Virus record (IMG/VR): IMGVR_UViG_3300031867_000233
Strand: one strand, 5' to 3'
DNA from: a virus
DNA: 37,534 nucleotides
The notes under the pieces are model-generated. The model did not search any database and had not been told where the DNA came from. It saw only the letters and a list, made by a program, of their open reading frames with translations. Positions 6,910-14,442 of this stretch are shown piece by piece; within the stretch, counting starts at the first letter, position 1; every line of letters begins with the position of its first letter. The position numbers and the translations under genes are program-made.

Positions 6910-8578
6910 GGCTTACGAATACTGTAAAAACTCTGTTAGAAAGAAAACCACACCAAGATACGTCCGAAAACAAATGCGAGACTGGATGAGGATCGCTGAA
7001 GGAAAAGACAAAAAATATGTTGTATCAGAGAAAAAGGTTCAGCAGATTGAAAACATTCTAAAACTGCTTATCATGCCGAAGGGATTGAAAGCAGGACAGT
7101 CGATGTATAAGTGCGCCACTGGGTATCAGTGGCTAATTTATACAGCCATGTTATGCACTGTATATCGTGACAAGCCGAAAAAGCGCAGATACGAGACAGG
7201 GCTGTTGGAAATTTGCAGAAAGAATTTCAAGACATATACAATCGGAACAATCTTTATTATTCTGTTTCTTACTGAGCCTAGGTTCTCAAAATTCTTTTCA
7301 GTCGCACCAGATGGTGCATTGTCGAGAGAGATAAAAGAGGCAATATCTGACACAATCAAAAGCAGTCCAATTATTTACGAATACAAAGGAACGAAGCGCT
7401 TCAAGCTGTTAAGGGACTACATCAAATTCAAACCGAATGAAAATACGTTGATCCCATTAGCGTACAGTAACAACCGTATGGACGGACGTATGCCGAATGC
7501 ATTCATCGCTGATGAGGTTGGAGCATTGCCAAACGGTTATCCTGTAGAAGCGATGAGATCAGGACAGCTAAACGTTGTCAATAAACTAGGGTTCATTATC
7601 AGTACAAAATATCCGACAATCGACAATCCTTTCGAGGACGAGGTTGCATATGCCAAAAAGGTTCTTGATGGCATCGAAAAAGACGAAACAGTGTTTGCGC
7701 TTTTATATGAACCAGACAAAACATCAGGCTGGGAAACAGACGATCTTATTCTGAAGCAGGCTAATCCTGCGTCATTGGAAATCCCTGAAATCTGGGATGA
7801 TCTTCTAAAAAAAAGAGCCAGAGCCATTGCAATTGAGAACGAACGAGAAAACTTTGTCACGAAGCATTGCAATATCATTTATCAGGGGCAGGGAACAGAA
7901 ACGTTCATTGACGTTAAGGATGTTCAGGCGTGCAAGGTTGCAGATATTGACTGGTCAGGCAGAGTCGTATATTTAGGCGTTGACCTTTCAGAATCAAATG
8001 ATAATACATCTGTTGCCATGGTTTCCGTTGATGATGATGATAACATTCTTGCAGAAAGTTTTGCATTCATTCCATCGGACAGGATCACAGAAAAGACCGT
8101 CTCAGAACGTGTGAACTATCAGGAACTATTGAAGAGCGGGAAGGTACTTGCGTGTGGTGATAGGGTTATCTCATATGCGTTTGTTGAACAGTTTATTTTG
8201 AACCTTGAAAGCCGTTATAACGTACAAATTCAGGCGATTGGCTATGACAGGTGGAATGCATTGAGCACAGCACAGAAATTGGCTAATGAGGGCTATAACA
8301 CAGTTCAGATAAAGCAGTATTCAAGCGTGTTGCATTCTCCAACAAAGAGAATGAAAGAGGCAATCCTTACGCAGAAATTCAAGTATACAGAAAATAAATT
8401 GCTAGAGATAAACTTTCAGAATGCGAAATGTGCATATGATACTAATAAAAACATGTACGTGAGCAAGAAAAAGAGTAACGGCAAGGTTGATATGGTGGTA
8501 TCACTTATCAATGCAATTTACCTTCTTGAACAGGATTATTTCTTGAATGAAGGTGACTTCACATTCCAGATGATTTAA
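6875..8578 (+). CDS. terL: Terminase large subunit
   Basis: 567 aa, positioned between terS and portal. It has an ATPase-like region (LLEICRKNFKTYT...FIADEVGAL) and a C-terminal nuclease-like region (YLGVDLSESNDNTSV...GYDRWN). The exact start (6875, 6887 or 6890) is uncertain. Confidence 0.85.
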   Translation: MAVTMMAVTSSKAYEYCKNSVRKKTTPRYVRKQMRDWMRIAEGKDKKYVVSEKKVQQIENILKLLIMPKGLKAGQSMYKCATGYQWLIYTAMLCTVYRDKPKKRRYETGLLEICRKNFKTYTIGTIFIILFLTEPRFSKFFSVAPDGALSREIKEAISDTIKSSPIIYEYKGTKRFKLLRDYIKFKPNENTLIPLAYSNNRMDGRMPNAFIADEVGALPNGYPVEAMRSGQLNVVNKLGFIISTKYPTIDNPFEDEVAYAKKVLDGIEKDETVFALLYEPDKTSGWETDDLILKQANPASLEIPEIWDDLLKKRARAIAIENERENFVTKHCNIIYQGQGTETFIDVKDVQACKVADIDWSGRVVYLGVDLSESNDNTSVAMVSVDDDDNILAESFAFIPSDRITEKTVSERVNYQELLKSGKVLACGDRVISYAFVEQFILNLESRYNVQIQAIGYDRWNALSTAQKLANEGYNTVQIKQYSSVLHSPTKRMKEAILTQKFKYTENKLLEINFQNAKCAYDTNKNMYVSKKKSNGKVDMVVSLINAIYLLEQDYFLNEGDFTFQMI

Positions 8579-8636
8579 TTGATAAAAACGTGCAATTATG
8601 CTAATATATGCGTGTAAAAATGTTTCAAATAGAAAA
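8579..8636 (+). promoter_or_regulatory. Internal promoter-like element (TTGATA 8579-8584, 17-nt spacer, TAATAT 8602-8607) plus a degenerate palindrome copy GTTTCAAATAGAAAA (8622..8636)
   Basis: Read directly in the 82-nt terL-portal gap. Confidence 0.4.
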
Positions 8637-8660
8637 TACTAACAAAGGGGCGGTACGAGA

Positions 8661-9917
8661 GTGGCACTTTTCAGAAAAAGAATTAAAAACAGCATAAGCC
8701 TCAACGACCAGAGTGTTCAGCTTGACGATGTGTTGCTGTCGGCACTTCTCAATAATGAAACCATCACAAGGGACAAGGCACTGACACTTCCTGCTGTATC
8801 AGGTGCAGTTGATTTTATCAGTGGTTCGATTGCGTCCATGCCTGTCAAGCTTTACAAGTACAAGAACGGCAAGGTCGAGGAAGTTCAGAGAGACAGCCGT
8901 GTGCGAATGCTTAATGGTGACACAGGAAATACGCTTGACGGTTTCCAGACAAAGAAAGCCATGGTCGAGGACTATCTGCTTGGCAAGGGTGGATATTGTT
9001 ATATCCAGAAAGACAGGCAGAACAACGTAACGGCACTGAAATACATTCCAGATATGGACGTTACCGTGTGGTCAAATTCCGACCCGATGAACCGTTTCGT
9101 ACAGTTTTATGTTGGCACAAACAAGATTTATCCGTGGAACATGGTAAAGTTGCTGAGAAACACGAAGGACGGTGCAAGTGGCAAGGGGCTGACAGAGGAA
9201 ATCTCAAAGGCCCTTGAAACTGCCTACAGCACGCTGGTTTATCAGCTTGGACTGGTCAAGACGGGTGGAAACAAGAAAGGTTTCCTTCAGGCTGAAAGAC
9301 GTTTAGGTCAGGAAGAAATCGACAAGCTGAAGGATGCGTGGAAACGGTTATATACGAACAACACCGATAACGTCATGGTCCTTAACAATGGCATCAAGTT
9401 TCAGGAGTCGTCAAACAGTTCCGTTGAAATGCAGTTAAACGAAAGCAAGAAAACTCTGCAGGATGAAATCAATGGAGTGTTCCATATACACAGTGACTTC
9501 AATCTGACATTCAAAGAAGCAATCTATCCAATTGTTAAAGCATTTGAGACAGCAATCAACAGCACACTTCTGCTGGAAAAAGAAAAGAAAAACTTCTTCT
9601 TTGAATTTGATACGAAGGAAATCGTGAAAGCAAGCATCAAAGAGAGATTCGATGCCTACAAGGTTGCAAAGGATACAGGGCTTATGACGATAAACGAACT
9701 TCGTAGGATGGAAAACCTGAACTACGTTGAGGGTATGGATGTGATCAATGTTGGACTCGGTGCCGTACTGTACGACATCAATACAGGAACATATTACACG
9801 CCAAACACCGGACAGGTTACAGGTGGAAATGAAGAAGAAACGGCTGAGAAAGTTGAAGAAAATGAACAGGGGGAAGATGATGGACTACAAGTACCTGAAG
9901 AATCTGACGAAAACTAG
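8661..9917 (+). CDS. Portal protein (HK97 family-like)
   Basis: 418 aa with a GTG start after the RBS aaaggggcgg. Its position after terL, its size and its acidic C-terminal tail are typical. Confidence 0.85.
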   Translation: MALFRKRIKNSISLNDQSVQLDDVLLSALLNNETITRDKALTLPAVSGAVDFISGSIASMPVKLYKYKNGKVEEVQRDSRVRMLNGDTGNTLDGFQTKKAMVEDYLLGKGGYCYIQKDRQNNVTALKYIPDMDVTVWSNSDPMNRFVQFYVGTNKIYPWNMVKLLRNTKDGASGKGLTEEISKALETAYSTLVYQLGLVKTGGNKKGFLQAERRLGQEEIDKLKDAWKRLYTNNTDNVMVLNNGIKFQESSNSSVEMQLNESKKTLQDEINGVFHIHSDFNLTFKEAIYPIVKAFETAINSTLLLEKEKKNFFFEFDTKEIVKASIKERFDAYKVAKDTGLMTINELRRMENLNYVEGMDVINVGLGAVLYDINTGTYYTPNTGQVTGGNEEETAEKVEENEQGEDDGLQVPEESDEN

Positions 9918-10647
9918 CGCTGATTTTTACGTTTATGGTGATCTCGTTGACGAGAACTTGCCTGACTGGTTTACTGGCGAGAAATCAGAAACAGCAGTTG
10001 ACACAAACACATTTAAGGCAGAACTTGACAGCCTGAATGGTGTGACAGATTTTAATATCTACATCAATAGTGGCGGTGGCTCAGTGTTTGCAAGTTCCGC
10101 AATGGTCTCGATGCTGAAGAGATTCAGGCAGAACACAGGAGCAAAGATTCATGCATATATTGATGGATTGTGTGCAAGTGCCGCAACGTATCTTGCCATG
10201 GTGGCTGACGACATCAATATTTACAAAAACTCGGTAATGATGATTCATAAGCCAATGACGTATGCATATGGAAATGCTACCGAGCTACAGCATGACATTG
10301 ATACATTGAATCTGATTGAAAGCGGAACGATGTTGCCGATGTATGAAGCAAAGGCAAAAGAAGGAATCACAGCAGAAAAGATTGCAGAGCTGGTGGACAA
10401 CGAGACATGGTTCAGTGGCAATGCAGATGATGATATGTATATCGGAAATTATTTCAATGTGAATGCACTTGAAACAGTGAAGGATGTACAGGCGTGCGCA
10501 ACGGACTTGTTTAAAAATTATAAGCATGTGCCGGATGCATTAAGAAAGCCAAAACAGGTTAAAAAGCCTGTCGAGGATCGTGTGCTTGACTATTCAGCAT
10601 ACGAGAATATTATCAGTTCTTTAAAAAATGGAGGGGCGAAGAAATGA
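9877..10647 (+). CDS. Prohead maturation protease (ClpP/S14 family)
   Basis: YINSGGGSVFASSAMVSMLKRF...YIDGLCASAATYLAMVADDI...MMIHKP is a ClpP-like serine protease core. The upstream extension to 9748 overlaps portal and was rejected. The start (9862, 9877 or 9880) is uncertain. Confidence 0.85.
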   Translation: MMDYKYLKNLTKTSADFYVYGDLVDENLPDWFTGEKSETAVDTNTFKAELDSLNGVTDFNIYINSGGGSVFASSAMVSMLKRFRQNTGAKIHAYIDGLCASAATYLAMVADDINIYKNSVMMIHKPMTYAYGNATELQHDIDTLNLIESGTMLPMYEAKAKEGITAEKIAELVDNETWFSGNADDDMYIGNYFNVNALETVKDVQACATDLFKNYKHVPDALRKPKQVKKPVEDRVLDYSAYENIISSLKNGGAKK

Positions 10648-11783
10648 CCGTAAAAGAACTTATTGAAAATCGAAACGAAAAAGTCGCTCAGATGGAAAAT
10701 CTTCTAACAACTGCAAAGGTAGAAAACAGATTGCCATCTGAAGACGAAAAGAAGCAGTTTGCAGACCTTGAAAAAGAGGTAAAGGACATTGATGCAACTG
10801 TTGCCATGTATGACCAGATGGCCAGCATGAGCATGAAGAAAGTTCCTGCAGGACCTGTTGAAATGACAGATGCAGAAAGAGATCACAAAGCATTCGAGAA
10901 TGCAATTCGTGGCATTGTGAATACTACTGACACACCGACAATGCCTGCTGATGCAAAGGCGCTGATTCCGACAACAGTATGGAATGAAATCATTTCTCAG
11001 GTTATTGAAATCTCACCTGTGTTCTCTATGGCAGACCGCTATAACATCAACGGCAATCTAGTATTACCAAAGTATGATGCGGAACACAGTTCTATCGTGA
11101 TGCAGTATGCTGATGAAGGAACAACAGCAGAGTCTGGAAAAGTTGTCATTAGCCAGATTACACTTGGCGGATTCCTTGCACGTTGCCTTGCAAAGATCTC
11201 AAAGAGCCTTATCAACAATTCTAATTTCGATATTGTTGGCTTTGTCGAAGCAAAGATGGCACAGGCAATCGCACAGTATTTTGAGCATGAAATCTTGTTC
11301 GGTACAGATGGCAAGGTTGAAGGTCTGAAGGGCATTACAGCAGACATGACTGTAACAACTGCCACAGCCACAAAGGTCACATCTGACGAGCTGATGGATC
11401 TTCAGGATAAGGTAATCGATAACTATCAAGCTAATTCTGTTTGGATCATGAACCGTGAAACACGAAATGCAATCAGAAAGTTAAAAGATAAAGAAGACGA
11501 TTATTTATTGAACCGTGACTTCACGGCAAAGTGGGGATATACACTTCTTGGCAAGGATGTTTATTGCTCTGATGCTATGGACAAGATGCTTGCAGGAAAG
11601 ACAGCCATTTACTACGGTGACTTCTCTGGTCTTGCAGTGAAGGTTTCCGAAGATGCTAACATGCAGGTTCTCACAGAGCGTTATGCAGAGGAACATTTAC
11701 TTGGCATTCTTGCTTTCGTTGAGTGGGATGCGAAAGTTGCCGATACGCAGAAACTTGCAAAACTTGTCATGAAAGGACAATAA
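10644..11783 (+). CDS. Major capsid protein (HK97 fold) with N-terminal delta/scaffold domain
   Basis: 379 aa. A coiled-coil N-terminus is followed by a capsid body. It follows the protease, as in HK97-type head modules. Confidence 0.85.
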   Translation: MTVKELIENRNEKVAQMENLLTTAKVENRLPSEDEKKQFADLEKEVKDIDATVAMYDQMASMSMKKVPAGPVEMTDAERDHKAFENAIRGIVNTTDTPTMPADAKALIPTTVWNEIISQVIEISPVFSMADRYNINGNLVLPKYDAEHSSIVMQYADEGTTAESGKVVISQITLGGFLARCLAKISKSLINNSNFDIVGFVEAKMAQAIAQYFEHEILFGTDGKVEGLKGITADMTVTTATATKVTSDELMDLQDKVIDNYQANSVWIMNRETRNAIRKLKDKEDDYLLNRDFTAKWGYTLLGKDVYCSDAMDKMLAGKTAIYYGDFSGLAVKVSEDANMQVLTERYAEEHLLGILAFVEWDAKVADTQKLAKLVMKGQ

Positions 11784-11803
11784 TCTAGAAAGGGGTGAGC
11801 AAT

Positions 11804-12115
11804 ATGGAAATGAGCACTGAAGTAAACAAGGTCAGTGATATTACTGAAGAAAGCGTCGCAGAGTATCTAAGACTGGACGAAGTAACAGACAGTGAAATAA
11901 ATACATTGACCACGCTTATTTCTATTGCAACCTCATTTATCAAGAGCTATACAGGGCTTGACGATGCTGGCGTTGACAAATATCCTGAATTCGTGATTGT
12001 AGTGCTTATTCTTTGTCAGGACATGTGGGACAACCGGACGATGTACGTTGACAGCAAGGACCTGAACAACACGGTGCAGAGTATTCTTGCAATGCACAGT
12101 GTCAATCTGTTGTGA
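11804..12115 (+). CDS. Head-tail connector (gp6-like)
   Basis: About 103 aa with the EYLRLD... motif, positioned right after the MCP gene. ATG 11804 is preferred over GTG 11795. Confidence 0.65.
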   Translation: MEMSTEVNKVSDITEESVAEYLRLDEVTDSEINTLTTLISIATSFIKSYTGLDDAGVDKYPEFVIVVLILCQDMWDNRTMYVDSKDLNNTVQSILAMHSVNLL

Positions 12116-12124
12116 GGTGATTAA

Positions 12125-12451
12125 ATGCTGAATGCAGGGAAGTATTCAAAGCGTATCACAATTTATAAAACTGTAATTGTGACAGATGAAGATGGCTTTC
12201 AGACAGAACAGAAGCAGGTGATACTACAGCCGTATGCGTATGTTCGGACAACAAAAGGATTTACGCTTATTGCAAATAATTCTGATTTTGAAAAAGCATA
12301 CACCAACTTCACGATTCGGTTTCCTAAAACAAAGATCACAAGGGACATGCTGATTGAGTTTCATAAAAAGACATACACAATCGAGTATCTGAACAACGTT
12401 GATGAAAACAGCGTAGAACTTGAGATTCAGGCAAAGGAAGTGACGCACTGA
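12125..12451 (+). CDS. Head closure protein
   Basis: 108 aa. Position and the pattern KRITIY...DEDGF...AYVR are typical of SPP1 gp16/HK97 gp9-like proteins. Confidence 0.6.
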   Translation: MLNAGKYSKRITIYKTVIVTDEDGFQTEQKQVILQPYAYVRTTKGFTLIANNSDFEKAYTNFTIRFPKTKITRDMLIEFHKKTYTIEYLNNVDENSVELEIQAKEVTH

Positions 12452-12879
12452 TGGCGATATTCTCATTTGATATTGATGACAGCGTGATGAAGGATATAAA
12501 TTACATTGACAAGCAGTTTGATCATATCTTTGGTGGCATGACATACGCAGGTGCAGAGGTCGTATACAAGAACGTTATTTCGTCGCTCCCAGGGCAACTG
12601 AAAAGTTCAGGATTCAGCAATTGCGTAAAGCTGTCGAGAGTTTACAAAACTCCATCAGATGATGGCATCAATACGAAAGTCATGATCACAGGGTATTTCA
12701 CCAATGAGAAAGGCAAGAAGACTCCTGCACCGCTGGTTGCTAACATGTTCGAGTATGGCAGTGACAAAAGGAAATATCCAAAGCATCCTTTTTTCAGAAA
12801 GTCTTTCAAAAGGGCACAGATCATGAAAGCCATGGAAGATGCTCAGAAAAAGCTGAGCGGGGGACTATTGGATGAATAA
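12451..12879 (+). CDS. HK97 gp10-like neck/tail component
   Basis: FEYGSDKRKYPKHPFFRKSF resembles the gp10-family 'eyGt....PF' motif. Gene order is consistent. Confidence 0.6.
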   Translation: MAIFSFDIDDSVMKDINYIDKQFDHIFGGMTYAGAEVVYKNVISSLPGQLKSSGFSNCVKLSRVYKTPSDDGINTKVMITGYFTNEKGKKTPAPLVANMFEYGSDKRKYPKHPFFRKSFKRAQIMKAMEDAQKKLSGGLLDE

Positions 12880-13225
12880 CCTCATTGAAAAAACGCTAAA
12901 AGGGTTCACAGTGAACGGCAAGGAAATCCCTGTAAAGTTCTTACGGTATAATGGCAATGAAGAAACATATATCACGTACATGGAAACAGATGCAGAGAGT
13001 ACGTTACATGGCGATGACGAGTTGCTAAATTATACCGAGTATTATGACTTTGATATTTACTCAAAAGGCAATTACAAGCCGATTGTAAAAGCATTAAAGG
13101 CATTGCTTACAAGTGTTGGGTTTATGTGGGAGCCTGACAGATCATCCGAAGATATGTATGAGGATGATACGAAGTATTACCACAAGACATTATGTTTCTC
13201 AATCGAAAGGAGCGCAAATGGCTAA
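12872..13225 (+). CDS. Tail completion/terminator-like protein (assigned by position)
   Basis: 117 aa, immediately upstream of the major tail protein. Confidence 0.45.
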   Translation: MNNLIEKTLKGFTVNGKEIPVKFLRYNGNEETYITYMETDAESTLHGDDELLNYTEYYDFDIYSKGNYKPIVKALKALLTSVGFMWEPDRSSEDMYEDDTKYYHKTLCFSIERSANG

Positions 13226-13778
13226 AATTGGTTTAAATAACTTCAGATATTCAAAGCTGACAGAAACGCCAGAGGGAAAAGCTACTTACGATGGCGCAAA
13301 AAAGCCAGCTAAGGCTATTTCCTGTAAGGTAGATATTTCTAACAACGATGCGACTTTGTATGCCGATGATGGACTTGCTGAGAGCGATACATCTTTCCAG
13401 AAAGGTTCTGTTACAGCAGGAATCGACAATGAGGATGTGCAGACAATGGCAGACCTTCTAGGGCATGAGGTATCAGAAGACGGCAAGGAAATGGTCAGAA
13501 ATGCAAACGATGTTGCACCATATGTAGGTTTCGGGCGAATCGTTACAAAGATGGTAAACGGTGCTTACAAGTACACGGTAGAGTTCCTATGCAAGGTTAA
13601 GTTCTCAGAACCTTCACAGGATGATTCTACCAAAGGAGAAAGCGTATCATTCAGCACAACTGAACTTGCAGGAACGGTTGCAACATTGGCTGATGGCACA
13701 TGGTCAAAATCAAAGACGTTTGATACAAAGACTGAAGCTGTCACATATCTTGAAGGACTGATGGCAAAAACAGTCTAA
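13218..13778 (+). CDS. Major tail protein
   Basis: MAKIGLNNFRYSKL... begins at ATG 13218 after the RBS gaaaggag. It is followed by a strong terminator and the chaperone pair. The upstream extension to 13113 was rejected. Confidence 0.75.
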   Translation: MAKIGLNNFRYSKLTETPEGKATYDGAKKPAKAISCKVDISNNDATLYADDGLAESDTSFQKGSVTAGIDNEDVQTMADLLGHEVSEDGKEMVRNANDVAPYVGFGRIVTKMVNGAYKYTVEFLCKVKFSEPSQDDSTKGESVSFSTTELAGTVATLADGTWSKSKTFDTKTEAVTYLEGLMAKTV

Positions 13779-13790
13779 AAGAATATTTAA

Positions 13791-13817
13791 GGCAGGGTTC
13801 GTCCCTGTCTTATTTTT
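13791..13817 (+). terminator. Rho-independent terminator after the major tail gene
   Basis: GGCAGGG-TTCG-TCCCTGTC followed by TTATTTTT. Confidence 0.75.
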
Positions 13818-13834
13818 ATAGAAAGGACAACAAC

Positions 13835-14197
13835 ATGGCAGATATTAAGGATATTACAAAAGAATTTGAGCACAAAGGAAAGATATACAGGCTTGTTTTC
13901 GACCTGAACGTGATGGAAGCAATTCAGGATAAGTACGGAACTATCGAGAACTGGGGCAAACTCACAGATGGTACAGAAAACGATGGCGAGCCAAATGCAA
14001 AGGCGGTTATTTTTGGTTTCCGTGAAATGATCAACGAGGGTATTGACATCATGAACGAAGAAACAGGAACTGACGTTAAACCGCTGACGTTGAAACAGAC
14101 AGGAAGATTGATCACAGAATACGGACTTTTGAAAGCAACAAAAGTGATGAATAATACTGTTATTGACAGCACACAGAGTGCCGAAAAAAACGTATAA
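13835..14197 (+). CDS. Tail assembly chaperone (gpG-like)
   Basis: 120 aa, positioned between the major tail and tape measure genes. It ends just after a slippery heptamer. Confidence 0.7.
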   Translation: MADIKDITKEFEHKGKIYRLVFDLNVMEAIQDKYGTIENWGKLTDGTENDGEPNAKAVIFGFREMINEGIDIMNEETGTDVKPLTLKQTGRLITEYGLLKATKVMNNTVIDSTQSAEKNV

Positions 14198-14430
14198 TCC
14201 CCGATGAGGTGGATGAACCAGAGCCGATAGACTTCACATGGTTTTATTTCGTTGGCAGAAACAAACTTGGGTTTACATTCCACGAAGTCGGGAGACTTAC
14301 GCTTACAACATTCAACCTGTTTTACAAGCATTACAAGGACGACTTTGACTGTGAAATGGTGTTGAGAAAAACAGGTACAACATATGAGAAAGCATACGAA
14401 AAATTACAGCATGAAGACGACTGGTTCTAA
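13835..14430 (+). CDS. Tail assembly chaperone frameshift fusion (gpGT-like), via a -1 shift at 14185..14191
   Basis: The frame of 14209..14430 is -1 relative to 13835..14197, with no intervening stop after the slip site. Confidence 0.65.
14185..14191 (+). promoter_or_regulatory. -1 programmed ribosomal frameshift slippery site A_AAA_AAC
   Basis: In the zero frame the codons read gaA AAA AAC. The -1 frame is open from 14191 (cgt ata atc ccc gat gag gtg...) into ORF 14209..14430. Confidence 0.7.
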
Positions 14431-14442
14431 GGAGGTGAGCTT

